A model generated the notes under the pieces. The model was not told where the DNA came from. It made no database searches and saw only the letters and a program-made list of their open reading frames with translations. From contig JBKJWL010000054.1 of assembly GCA_046716885.1 (NCBI GenBank), forward strand, positions 8,708 to 72,707: a stretch of 64,000 nucleotides of DNA. The letters are read 5' to 3'. The translations under genes were made by a program, and so were the position numbers. Of the stretch, positions 9,696-18,851 are shown piece by piece. Numbering within the stretch: position 1 is the first letter of the stretch; every line of letters begins with the position of its first letter. Source of the DNA: Thermoanaerobaculia bacterium. GTDB taxonomy: Bacteria > Acidobacteriota > Thermoanaerobaculia > UBA5066 > Gp7-AA6.

Positions 9696-10129
9696 AGCGA
9701 CTCGGCTCCCGATCCGGCGATCAGCGCGACCGCGGTCGCCGGATCAATGACGGCTACCGCCGAGCCGCGAAAGCCCCTCGGGTCCCGTGTGACGATCGCG
9801 TCGCATTCGCGCATCGCGGCGCATGCGGCGCAGACCGCGTCCTCGAAATCACGGATCGGGAGAGCCAGCGCATGGCGCAGGACCTTCTCGTCGACCGACG
9901 CAACCCGGAACACCTTGAGCAAGTCCTCCACCGCCTGTCTCGCGAAGCGACTACCCCGGGCGCGGCCAGCGAGGTAATGAACCGTGGTCACGGCATGAGC
10001 CGACAGAAGCCCTTCTGCGAGCCCTTGCTCAATCCCGGCCCACAGCAGGGCCGCGGCATCCGCGTGAGGCTTTCGTTCCAGGAGGACGTCGAGGACGACG
10101 TTTAGATCGAGGAGGAAGCGTCTCTTCAC
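9692..10129 (-). CDS. PIN domain toxin
   Basis: LLDLNVVLDVLL, DFEDA, IVTRD. Confidence 0.9.
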   Translation of the reverse strand: MKRRFLLDLNVVLDVLLERKPHADAAALLWAGIEQGLAEGLLSAHAVTTVHYLAGRARGSRFARQAVEDLLKVFRVASVDEKVLRHALALPIRDFEDAVCAACAAMRECDAIVTRDPRGFRGSAVAVIDPATAVALIAGSGAESL

Positions 10130-10356
10130 TCGTACTTGTCGCGCACGTGACGCCGATAGGTCTCCGGGCGAACGCCCTTGAGCGAGCCGCGAAGCCGGCG
10201 AAGGACGGGCGGCGCCTCGCCGGCCGCGGGCCTGCCCGAGACGAGCTCGAGGTAGCGCTCGACCATTCGCGAGACCGACGTCCTCTGCCTCTTCGCGAAT
10301 TGCTTTGCCTTCCGAACGACTTCGCCATCCACGCTGAGGGTCAGCTTCGAGCTCAT
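10126..10356 (-). CDS. DUF6364 family RHH antitoxin
   Basis: SKLTLSVDGEVVRKAKQFAKRQRTSVSRMVERYL; coupled to the PIN gene; two ATACGTA boxes upstream. Confidence 0.88.
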   Translation of the reverse strand: MSSKLTLSVDGEVVRKAKQFAKRQRTSVSRMVERYLELVSGRPAAGEAPPVLRRLRGSLKGVRPETYRRHVRDKYE

Positions 10357-10391
10357 ACGTATCTCTTGCTCATCAATCTACGTATATCCTA

Positions 10392-10517
10392 GAGGCCGGC
10401 CCTCGAAACCGCAAGCGCCACTCCGCCGTCACGTCCCTGGCGCTCGACCCCACACGAGACGCGATCGTCGCGGGGACCCTCGGCGCCGGGGTCTTTGTCG
10501 TTCCGCTGAGAGAGTAG
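10392..10517 (+). pseudogene. C-terminal stub of a BNR/beta-propeller gene
   Basis: Start-less frame SAVTSLALDPTRDAIVAGTLGAGVFVVPLRE* ending at TAG 10515-10517. Confidence 0.5.
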
Positions 10518-10527
10518 GAGTCTGGAT

Positions 10528-11484
10528 CTACCCGCCGCCGTCTTCCGGCGGAACGGCGTCGATCGTGAGCCCCGAATCGTCGGCGAGCACGGTGCGGTTG
10601 CGCCCGCCCTGCTGCGCGCGCTGGAGTGCGCCGCTGGCGGCCTTGAGCAGACCGGACGGATCGCCGCCGGCCTCGCCCCCTTCCGCCGCGACACCGAGCG
10701 AGAGCGTGAGGGGCACGGGCCCCGCCGACGTGTGGACGGGCCGCCGCGCGAAGGCCTCCCGGATCCGCTCGGCGACGGTCAAGGCTCCAAGGCCGTCGGA
10801 GCCCGGCAGCACGATCAGGAATTCCTCGCCGCCGAAGCGGCCCACCGCGTCGTAAGGCCGAACGGAGGAGTTCATCCGCCGCGCCGCCTCGCGGAGCACC
10901 TCGTCGCCGACCGGGTGGCCGAGGGACTCGTTGACCTTGCGAAACTCGTCCAAGTCCGCCAGCACCACGCCGACCGAGCCGCTCTTGCGCCGCGCGCGCT
11001 CACGCTCCCGGTGGAGGACCTCCAGAATCGCGGCGTGGTTCCACGAGCCCGTCACCATGTCGCGCGTCGACTGGACGCGTAGCGCGTCCTGCGTAGCCCG
11101 CAGCGCCGTCTCGATCTCGACGATCCGAGCGCCGGTGCGCACGCGGGCCTTCACTTCGACCGGGTCGAGCGGCGCGAAGAGAAAATCGTCCGCGCCGGCG
11201 TTCAGGCCGTCGAGTAGATCCTCCCCGTCCGCCCGAGCGGTGAGCAGGAGGACGTACGCGGAAGGCAGGTCCGGCTGCAGCCGGAGCTTGCGGCAGACCT
11301 CGACGCCCGAGAGCCCCTCCATCTGCCACGCCAGGATCGCGAGGATCGGCGCCTGCTCGGATTCGAGCCGGCTCCAGGCCTCCAGGCCGTTGCGGGCGGG
11401 GGCGACATCGTGGCCCCACTTGCCGAGCCATGACTCGACCTGGCGGAGCCGTTCCGGATCGCTGTCGGCGACCAGAGCCCTCAT
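10528..11484 (-). CDS. response regulator diguanylate cyclase (REC-GGDEF)
   Basis: N-terminal REC domain; RPYD I-site and GRFGGEEF. The REC phospho-Asp position appears to be Ala (AILAWQM). Confidence 0.9.
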   Translation of the reverse strand: MRALVADSDPERLRQVESWLGKWGHDVAPARNGLEAWSRLESEQAPILAILAWQMEGLSGVEVCRKLRLQPDLPSAYVLLLTARADGEDLLDGLNAGADDFLFAPLDPVEVKARVRTGARIVEIETALRATQDALRVQSTRDMVTGSWNHAAILEVLHRERERARRKSGSVGVVLADLDEFRKVNESLGHPVGDEVLREAARRMNSSVRPYDAVGRFGGEEFLIVLPGSDGLGALTVAERIREAFARRPVHTSAGPVPLTLSLGVAAEGGEAGGDPSGLLKAASGALQRAQQGGRNRTVLADDSGLTIDAVPPEDGGG

Positions 11485-11540
11485 TCCGCGCCTCTCTTCT
11501 GGAAGATCGGGGACCTCCGCCGAATCCTAACGCATTCGCG

Positions 11541-12296
11541 CTACAGCGCGTCGAACCCGACGAGATCGATACCTCTTGCGCGCGCGAGCTCCCGGATCCT
11601 GCGGTCCGTGAGGACGTCGATCTCCCGCTCCCGCTCGTCTGCGTACGTGCTCGTGGCCTTCAGCTCGGCGTCCGCGCGGCCGGGGTGGCACATCAGCTCC
11701 GCGGTCCCATCCGGCAGCTCCTCGAGGATCCGCTCGAGCGTCTCGAATCCTACGGTTTCCCGGAAGAAACCGTCCAAGAAACGGTCCGGCGTCCTCACCC
11801 CGGCAGCGCGGAGGCTCGCTCGGGCCTCGTCGCTCGAAGCGCGCGCGGGGAGCGACCGCTCGCGGGCCACAGCCGCGAACACGGGAGCGACGGAGGGGTG
11901 GAGCGCCACGTGGTGGTGGGAGTCGAGGTGAGACGGGGCCCTGTACGAAAGGAGTTGAAACAACTCGATCTGGGCGTTGAGCTCGCGGCGGACCTCCTCC
12001 GCCGGAATCCGCGGCGGCAGCTCCTCGCGCGTGCGCGGAAACCGGCCGCCGCGAGTCAGCGTCGGCAGCTCCCGGGCCGCGGCCGCCGGCGGCCCTCCCC
12101 CGCTCAGGACGAAGTGCAGACCCAGCGAGAGACGCGGCGCGCGCTCGGCGGCCTCGCGGATCCCCTGCGCCGCCGCCCTCTCGAGCACCATGACGGTCGC
12201 CGAGGTCACGATCCCGCGGCGGTGCGCCTCCAGCACGCCCGCGTTGACGCCGGGCGTGCGGCCGAAGTCGTCGGCGTTGACGATGAGCCGTTTCAA
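11541..12296 (-). CDS. ChbG/HpnK (YdjC) family deacetylase
   Basis: TTG start; RLIVNADDFG, GLHF, HLDSHHH, ELMCHPG. Confidence 0.92.
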   Translation of the reverse strand: MKRLIVNADDFGRTPGVNAGVLEAHRRGIVTSATVMVLERAAAQGIREAAERAPRLSLGLHFVLSGGGPPAAAARELPTLTRGGRFPRTREELPPRIPAEEVRRELNAQIELFQLLSYRAPSHLDSHHHVALHPSVAPVFAAVARERSLPARASSDEARASLRAAGVRTPDRFLDGFFRETVGFETLERILEELPDGTAELMCHPGRADAELKATSTYADEREREIDVLTDRRIRELARARGIDLVGFDAL

Positions 12297-12347
12297 GCGA
12301 GCCTCAACACATTCTGCCTCAGTTCCTCGGAGATAATCGGCGCCAGC

Positions 12348-12746
12348 ATGGCGACACGAGGCGTGCGGGGAGCGACGACCGTGGACGGCAACGACGCGGC
12401 CGGAATCCGGGAGGGCACGCTCGAGCTGCTCGGCATTCTGGTCGAGCAAAATCGGATCCGGCCGCAGGACCTCGCCAGCGCCGTCTTCACAGTCACCGAG
12501 GACCTCGACGCGGAGTTTCCGGCCCTCGCCGTGCGCTCGCTGCCGGGGTGGGAAGAGGTGCCGCTGCTGTGCGCGCGGGAAATCCCCGTGCCCGAATCCC
12601 TCGGGCACTGCGTCCGGGTCCTGCTTCTCTGGAATACGGAGGAGCCGCAGGAGAGCGTCCGGCATGCGTTTCTGCGCGGCGCGCGCGGGCTGCGGCCGCA
12701 GTGGGCGGTGCGCGTCGACGGGGACGACGGTTCCCCGCCAGAATGA
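12348..12746 (+). CDS. aroH: chorismate mutase, AroH class
   Basis: RGVRGATT, FTVTEDLDAEFPA, VPLLCAREIPV, CVRVLL, LRP. Confidence 0.93.
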   Translation: MATRGVRGATTVDGNDAAGIREGTLELLGILVEQNRIRPQDLASAVFTVTEDLDAEFPALAVRSLPGWEEVPLLCAREIPVPESLGHCVRVLLLWNTEEPQESVRHAFLRGARGLRPQWAVRVDGDDGSPPE

Positions 12747-13564
12747 CCCGCGTCGCGGTCGTCGGCCTCGGACTCATCGGCGGCTCGGCCGCGCTGGCTC
12801 TGCGGGCGCGCGGATACGACGCGGACCCGGGAACTCGCGCCCGCGCGCGCGATCGCGGGATCGAGACCTTCGACACGCTCGTGGAAGCCCTCTCCGGCGC
12901 GGAGATCGCCCTCACTGCCGTGCCGACCGCTGCCACGCCCCAGCTCCTGCGCGAGATCTCGGCGCTCGCTTCGGCGGCGATCCTGACCGACACCGCGTCC
13001 CTCAAAGTTCCGATCGTGCAGGCCGCGTCGTCCCTGCCGCCGGGAGCGCGCTTCGTGGCGGGACATCCGATGGCCGGCTCGAGCGAGAGCGGCGTCGAGG
13101 CCGCCACCCCCGAGCTCTTCCGGGGGCGCCCGTGGATCCTGACGCGGACCGCCCGAACCGACGAGGCCGCCTTCGCCGCTGTCGCCGGGCTCGTGCGGGA
13201 TGTCGGAGCGCGCGTCGTCCCGGTCGAAGCCGAACGCCACGATCGGCTGATGACGTGGCTCAGCCATGCTCCCCTCGCGGTCGCGGCGGCCCTGGCGCGG
13301 GCGGCCGACGGGGCTGCCGGCGAGGGCCTGGCGGAGATCGCGGGACCGGGCTTCCTCGGGACCACCCGGGTCGCGGCGCAGCCGCTCGCTCTGGCGCTGG
13401 AGCTCGCACTGGCCGACCCACGCGCTCTCGCCGACGCGATCGACGGGATTGCCGACGAGCTCGGCGCGCTTTCCGCCGCCCTGCGCCGGGGCGACTCCGC
13501 CGCGGTCGCCGATTACCTCGAGCGGGCCGGCGCCTTGCGCCGCGCCCTCGACCCGGCCAACTGA
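12743..13564 (+). CDS. tyrA: prephenate/arogenate dehydrogenase
   Basis: VGLGLIGGS, TDTASLK, GHPMAG, HDRLM..SH; ATGA overlap with aroH. Confidence 0.88.
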   Translation: MTRVAVVGLGLIGGSAALALRARGYDADPGTRARARDRGIETFDTLVEALSGAEIALTAVPTAATPQLLREISALASAAILTDTASLKVPIVQAASSLPPGARFVAGHPMAGSSESGVEAATPELFRGRPWILTRTARTDEAAFAAVAGLVRDVGARVVPVEAERHDRLMTWLSHAPLAVAAALARAADGAAGEGLAEIAGPGFLGTTRVAAQPLALALELALADPRALADAIDGIADELGALSAALRRGDSAAVADYLERAGALRRALDPAN

Positions 13565-13577
13565 ACGGCCGGCACTG

Positions 13578-15269
13578 TCACCGCGGGTACGACGCCCGCA
13601 CGCGGCGAGCCAGATCCGCGAATCCCGGCAGGTCGAGGCTCTGCGCCCCGTCCGAGAGCGCCGTCTCCGGATCCGGGTGCACCTCGACGAGCACGCCGTG
13701 CGCACCCGCCGCGAGGCCGGCGAGCGCGAGCGGGATCACGATCGACCGGATCCCGGCCGCGTGGCTGGGGTCCACGATCACGGGCAGGTGCGTGCGCTCG
13801 CGAACGAGGGCCACGCCGTTCAAGTCGAGCGTGTGCCGTGTCGCGCGCTCGAACGTGCGTATGCCCCGCTCGCACAGGATCACCTCTTCGTTGCCGTCCG
13901 CCAGGACGTACTCGGCCGCCGAGAGCCACTCCTCGATCGTGGCGCCGCCGCCGCGCTTGAGTAAGATCGGCTTACCGCTCCGGCCCGCCGCGCGGAGCAG
14001 AGCGAAGTTCTGCATGTTGCGCGCGCCGATCTGCAGGATGTCCGCGTAGCGCGCGACGACCGGCACCTCTTCCCAGGACAGGACCTCCGTGACGATCGGC
14101 AGCCCCGTCCTCTCGCGCGCCTCCTCCAGGAACTTCAAGCCCTTCACGCCGAGCCCCTGGAAATCGTAGGGCGAGGTGCGCGGCTTGTACGCGCCGCCCC
14201 GGAGCATGTCGGCTCCCGCCTCCGCGACGGCGGCGGCGACCTCGAGGAGCATTCCCTCGCCTTCGACGGAGCAGGGGCCCGCGATCAGCACTGGAACGGA
14301 ACCCCCGATCTCCACTCCGCGCACGGTCACGCGCGTGCCCTCGGGCCGCTGCCGGCGGTCGTGCAGGGGAATGTTCGGCCTGGGGCGGTAATGCGCGGGA
14401 GGAGGCGTCGGGGGCTTCGAGGGCGCGGTCCCGTCGTTCCATTCCCGGTAGCACCCGAGGACCACGACCTTGGTGACGAGCGCTTCGGTCGCCTCGATCG
14501 CCTCGGCCAGGCGCGGCTCGTCGGGCGCGCCTTCCACGTCCAGGTAGAAGCGGTAGGTCCAGGGCGCGGTCCGCTCGGGCCGAGACTGGAGGGAGGTCAG
14601 GTTGACGCCGCGCGACGCGAACGCCTGGAGCGCCGCGGCGAGCATCCCGGGCTTGTGCGGCAGCCAGAGCAGGAGGGACGTCTTGCGCCGGAACTGCTCC
14701 CCTTCGGCGGGGACCGGGTCGCGGGTGAACGTCAGGAACCGCGTCTGGTTGGACGGGTCGTCCTCGATGCGCTCGGCGAGGATCTCCAGCCCGTACTGCT
14801 CACCGGCCGGCCTCGGCGCGATCGCCGCCTGGTCGCGGCGCTTTTCTCGCGCCACGATCTCCGCGCTTCCCGCCGTGTCCCACTCGCTGACGAGCTCCGC
14901 TTGCGAGAGCTGGCTGTCGAGCCAGATGCGGCACTGGCCGAGCGCGACCGGATGCGAGAGCACGCGCCGGACCTCCTCCAGCTTCGTGCCCGGCAGACCG
15001 AGCAGGGCGTGATAGACGGGAAGGAGAATCTCGTCCGAGAGGTGGAGCGCGCCATCGCCGAACGAGTCGTGCAGCAGGTCGTAGGTCGCGGTCACCGAGC
15101 CGAAGAGCGAGTTCTCGATCGCGAGGCACCCGGCCTCGGCCCGGCCCTCGCGCACCGCCGCGACGACCTGCTGCACGTTGCGGCAGGCGACGATCTCCGC
15201 GTCCGGCCAGCGCCACTTCGCCGCCGCCTCGGAGAAGGACCCGTGAGTTCCCTGGATCGCCACGCGCAT
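13578..15269 (-). CDS. pheA-aroF: fusion of prephenate dehydratase-ACT and type I-beta DAHP synthase
   Basis: N-part: [38 protein letters not shown]-part: [46 protein letters not shown]. Confidence 0.93.
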   Translation of the reverse strand: MRVAIQGTHGSFSEAAAKWRWPDAEIVACRNVQQVVAAVREGRAEAGCLAIENSLFGSVTATYDLLHDSFGDGALHLSDEILLPVYHALLGLPGTKLEEVRRVLSHPVALGQCRIWLDSQLSQAELVSEWDTAGSAEIVAREKRRDQAAIAPRPAGEQYGLEILAERIEDDPSNQTRFLTFTRDPVPAEGEQFRRKTSLLLWLPHKPGMLAAALQAFASRGVNLTSLQSRPERTAPWTYRFYLDVEGAPDEPRLAEAIEATEALVTKVVVLGCYREWNDGTAPSKPPTPPPAHYRPRPNIPLHDRRQRPEGTRVTVRGVEIGGSVPVLIAGPCSVEGEGMLLEVAAAVAEAGADMLRGGAYKPRTSPYDFQGLGVKGLKFLEEARERTGLPIVTEVLSWEEVPVVARYADILQIGARNMQNFALLRAAGRSGKPILLKRGGGATIEEWLSAAEYVLADGNEEVILCERGIRTFERATRHTLDLNGVALVRERTHLPVIVDPSHAAGIRSIVIPLALAGLAAGAHGVLVEVHPDPETALSDGAQSLDLPGFADLARRVRASYPR

Positions 15270-15279
15270 GGGTTCTCCC

Positions 15280-15313
15280 AAAAAAGAAACGGCCCCGCAA
15301 TTTCGGCGGGGCC
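15280..15313 (-). terminator. intrinsic terminator (attenuator) just upstream of pheA-aroF
   Basis: Minus strand GGCCCCGC-CGAAATT-GCGGGGCC-GTTTCTTTTTT, then GGGAG SD and ATG. Confidence 0.8.
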
Positions 15314-15338
15314 TGCTGCGTTCGGTTTCCGGTCGGCG

Positions 15339-15416
15339 CTACGACACGCTCTCCGAACCGGACGCGCCAAAGGCCGCGCCGGAGCCGGTAAACGGGCAGA
15401 AGCGGTATCGGAGCAT
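15339..15416 (-). CDS. putative Phe/Tyr-sensing leader peptide MLRYRFCPFTGSGAAFGASGSESVS
   Basis: 25-aa ORF with 1 Tyr and 3 Phe codons between a promoter and the terminator. Confidence 0.65.
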   Translation of the reverse strand: MLRYRFCPFTGSGAAFGASGSESVS

Positions 15417-15425
15417 CGCCGGACG

Positions 15426-15454
15426 AAAATACGCCGCGGCGGCCGGGGAGTCAA
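15426..15454 (-). promoter_or_regulatory. sigma70 promoter for the leader peptide and pheA-aroF
   Basis: TTGACT-N17-TATTTT, 9 nt before the leader ATG. Confidence 0.65.
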
Positions 15455-15492
15455 CCGGGCCGCTCGCGGCGGGCGATCTGGAGAGTCTCCTT

Positions 15493-16989
15493 TTACGACT
15501 CGGCCTCCAGCGTGAAGCTGCAGATCGCTGCGCCGTTCGCGTCCTTGAGCGTGACCGTGAGCTGCTTCGTGGCGGCGTCCACGTCGACCAGCCCGTAGGC
15601 GAACGCGTTCGGCTCGATGCAGTCGGGGGCGGTCAGGCTCGTGAGGAGACCGATGAAGCCGTTCGCCGCCTCCTCCGACCCCAGAAGGGCCACGAGCTCC
15701 GCGAAGAGCGTGTCTTCGGAGACAGGCCCGGCGATGAACTCCTTGGCACGCGGGGTGGGGTCGGTGAACACGCTCTGGCGCACGTCCACGATGACGTTGG
15801 CGTGGAGGTCGCCCGTCAGAAAGACGACATTTCGGACTTCCGAGTCCCGCAGGAAGTCGAGAATCTCCTTCCGCTCCGCGGCGTAGCCCTCCCAGCGGTC
15901 GTAGGGGTCGCCGAAGAGCTCGGCGATCGGGACTTCGTTGACGACGATCTTCCAGGTGGCGGTCGAACGCAGGAGATCTTCCTGAAGGATCCGCTTCTGG
16001 AGGAAACCGAGCATCGTCCGCCCGGGATCTCCGATCACCTCGAGGCAGCCCGCCGGGGGATCCGGAGGAAGCCCCGCGAGGAGCCGGACATCGGGCGGCG
16101 AGGTCGGCAGCAGGTCTCCCTGACAGGCCGCGGTCGCGTCCGCCGATCGGAATGCCCGCTCGTCCAGGATGAAGAGCTCCACTTCCTTGCCCCAGCGGAA
16201 CTTCCGGTAGAAGCCCACGTGGGAATTGTGGCCGCGGATCGGCATGTAATCCTCGAACGCTTGGCGGCCGGCCTCGAGAGCCGCCGGGTCCACGTCCTCT
16301 CCCGCGAAATCGTCGAGGACCTCGTGGTCGTCCCAGATCGCGTACGAGCCGGTCGCGGCGAAGAGGGAGCGCAGGGCCGCGTACCCGCGGTTCTGCTTGT
16401 AGCGGCCGCGAATGCACTCGACGTCGGCGCCGCACGCCGGATCGTTGTCGGCGTAGACGTTGTCGCCGTTGTAGACGAAGAAGTCGACCCCGTCTTCGCG
16501 CGCCCGGTCGAGCGTCTCGAACTGGTTGAAGGGCGGGTCGGCTGACCCGTCGAAGTCGCTCGACCACGCGAATCGCACGTTCGCGGAGACCCAGCGGTTC
16601 GGAGGAGTCCGGAACTTGCCGATCTCGCTGACGGATCCTCCGGCGCGGAACCGGTAGGAATACAGCGTGCCGGGATCGAGGTCCTCGACCTCGATCCGAA
16701 CCGTGAAGTCGCGCGCGGCCACGGCGTGTCCCCGCGCGCGGTGGACGCCCCGGTGGAAGGTCGGGTCGGTGGAGACCTCGACCCGAACGGGGGTCTGCCG
16801 ATTGACTCGGGTCCACAGGACGGCGATGGTCGGCCGCACGTCGCCACTCGCGACCCCGTGGGTGAACGTCACCGGGCCGCCGGCCGTCGGCTCCTGTTCC
16901 CGGGGGGAGCACTCGACCGCACCGGTCTGCAGCATCCCGAGGATCGCCAGAGCTCCGAGAAAACGCAGGCTCGAGTGGAAACGGTTCAT
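15493..16989 (-). CDS. phoD: PhoD-like alkaline phosphatase D
   Basis: FTHGVASGD..VLWTR, GDNVYAD, WDDHE, LDER.FR, DRWEGY, LTGDLH. Confidence 0.88.
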   Translation of the reverse strand: MNRFHSSLRFLGALAILGMLQTGAVECSPREQEPTAGGPVTFTHGVASGDVRPTIAVLWTRVNRQTPVRVEVSTDPTFHRGVHRARGHAVAARDFTVRIEVEDLDPGTLYSYRFRAGGSVSEIGKFRTPPNRWVSANVRFAWSSDFDGSADPPFNQFETLDRAREDGVDFFVYNGDNVYADNDPACGADVECIRGRYKQNRGYAALRSLFAATGSYAIWDDHEVLDDFAGEDVDPAALEAGRQAFEDYMPIRGHNSHVGFYRKFRWGKEVELFILDERAFRSADATAACQGDLLPTSPPDVRLLAGLPPDPPAGCLEVIGDPGRTMLGFLQKRILQEDLLRSTATWKIVVNEVPIAELFGDPYDRWEGYAAERKEILDFLRDSEVRNVVFLTGDLHANVIVDVRQSVFTDPTPRAKEFIAGPVSEDTLFAELVALLGSEEAANGFIGLLTSLTAPDCIEPNAFAYGLVDVDAATKQLTVTLKDANGAAICSFTLEAES

Positions 16990-17040
16990 GGTTCGCCTCC
17001 TGCAATGCAAGAGAAGCGAACGGCGCGAAACCTTACGGAC

Positions 17041-17757
17041 TCAGGCCTCCCCCAGCGAGGCCAGCAGGTAGCGGATCTCCTCGTCGATCTCCCGGGGGTC
17101 GGCGACCGTCTCGGCGATCTCGGCGCGGAGGCTCTCGCCGAATCGACGGCGCAGCCGATGAACGGCAACCCCGACCGCGGACTCGGTCATCCCGAGCTCG
17201 GCCGCGACCGTTCGGTACGCCGGCTCGGGGTCGTCCCCGGTCAGGTAGGCCTTGAGCCGCTCGAAACGGCCGGCGTCGCCGGAGTCCGCGATCTCGGAGC
17301 GCATGCGCACCATGGCGCGCTGCAGCACGGCCGTCGCCCAACGCCTCTCGAAGAGCTTCTCGGGCGTCAGACCGTCGGCCGGCTCGATCCGGTATCGGCT
17401 CTCCGCCGCCTCGGCATCGAGGGAGAAAGGAGTGCGTCCCCCGCCGCGTTTCAAGGCCCGAGCACGGTCCCGCTCGTTGGAGAGGAAGTGCTTGATCGAG
17501 GCGAAGAGAAACGAGCGAAACCGTCCTACCTCGGGACGGAGACCCTTGAGGGCACCCTTCTCCAGGAGCTGGAGGAGGTAACCCTGCGTCAGATCGGCGG
17601 CGTCCTCAGCGGAACAACCCTGCCGGCGCACGAAGGCGTAGATCGGGTACCAGTATGCCTCGCACAACGCGGCGAGGGCTCGACGAGCCTCCTGGGAATC
17701 GGTCCCGCCCGCGGCGAGCACGAGACTCCAATTGGTCGTCGCGAAGCGATGATCCAT
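17041..17757 (-). CDS. ECF sigma-70 factor (F.TT.WS type)
   Basis: FATTNWSLVL, YWYPIY.FVRR.G, GRFRSFL, sigma4 VAVHRLRRRF. Confidence 0.9.
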   Translation of the reverse strand: MDHRFATTNWSLVLAAGGTDSQEARRALAALCEAYWYPIYAFVRRQGCSAEDAADLTQGYLLQLLEKGALKGLRPEVGRFRSFLFASIKHFLSNERDRARALKRGGGRTPFSLDAEAAESRYRIEPADGLTPEKLFERRWATAVLQRAMVRMRSEIADSGDAGRFERLKAYLTGDDPEPAYRTVAAELGMTESAVGVAVHRLRRRFGESLRAEIAETVADPREIDEEIRYLLASLGEA

Positions 17758-17915
17758 TCTTCGAGCCAGGAAGTCTGTGCTGATTCTCTCCTCTTTGCCG
17801 GCCCGGTCCAAGAACCTCGCGCGGAAACGTCTCAATTCGCTCTGGGCTAAGATCGGTCCGCTCCGCCCGCACCGTTTTGCGGGAATCCGGGCCCGGCAGC
17901 CAGGAGGAATAGCGC

Positions 17916-18851
17916 GTGCGCACTCCCCGGCCGTCTCCGTGGCGGCGCCTGCCGACGGAGGCGGCCCATCCGCTCTCGGCCGACCTCGACCGGCTCGGCG
18001 TGCCGCGGGTCGTGGCGCTGATGCAGTCGGAAGACCGGCGCGTGCTGGCGGCGCTGAAGTCGGCGCGCCGCGAGATCGTCCGGGCGGCCACCGCACTGCG
18101 CGACGTCTATCTCGCCGGCGGAAACTGCCTCCTGTTCGGCGCCGGGACGAGCGGCCGCCTGGCCGTTCTCGAGGCGGCGGAGCTGCCGCCGACCTTCGGG
18201 ACGGAGCCGCGGCGAGTCCGCGCATTCATTGCCGGGGGGCGCCCCGCGGTGTTCCGTTCCCGGGAAGGGGCCGAGGATGCGTTTGCCGAAGGCTCGCGGC
18301 GGGGTTCGCGCGCCCGGCCGAAGGATCTCGTGATTGGAGTCTCGGCGAGCGCCGTTACGCCCTTCGTGCGGGGGGCACTCGCCCGAGCCAGGACTCGCGG
18401 CGCGCGTACCGTGCTCCTCTGCGTAAACCCGACGCGGGAGGCGCGCGCGCTCGTCGACATCGTCGTCGCCCTTCGGGTCGGCCCGGAGGTCGTGGCAGGC
18501 TCGACGCGGCTGAAGGCCGGGACGGCCACCAAGCTCGCGTTGAACCAGATCACGACCTCCGCCTTCGCGTCCGCGGGACGCGTCTTCGGGCCCTGGATGG
18601 TCGATCTGTCCCGCAGCTCGGCCAAGCTCCGGGACCGCGCGGCCCGCATCGTGGCCGCGGCGTCCGGAACGAGCGCCGCGCGGGCGCGTGGACTACTCGC
18701 TCGCGCGCACGGCGACGTGAAGACCGCGATCTACATGGCGCGCACGGGGGCGCGATACCCCGCCGCGCGCGAGACCCTCTCCCGCGCGGGAGGAGACCTG
18801 CGGGCTGCCCTCGACTCGCCCGTCAGGAAAGCGCCTCGAGAGCGAGACTGA
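17916..18851 (+). CDS. murQ: N-acetylmuramic acid 6-phosphate etherase
   Basis: GAGTSGRL, ELPPTFG, EGAED, GPEVVAGSTRLKAGTATK, MVDL...KLRDRA. Confidence 0.93.
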   Translation: MRTPRPSPWRRLPTEAAHPLSADLDRLGVPRVVALMQSEDRRVLAALKSARREIVRAATALRDVYLAGGNCLLFGAGTSGRLAVLEAAELPPTFGTEPRRVRAFIAGGRPAVFRSREGAEDAFAEGSRRGSRARPKDLVIGVSASAVTPFVRGALARARTRGARTVLLCVNPTREARALVDIVVALRVGPEVVAGSTRLKAGTATKLALNQITTSAFASAGRVFGPWMVDLSRSSAKLRDRAARIVAAASGTSAARARGLLARAHGDVKTAIYMARTGARYPAARETLSRAGGDLRAALDSPVRKAPRERD

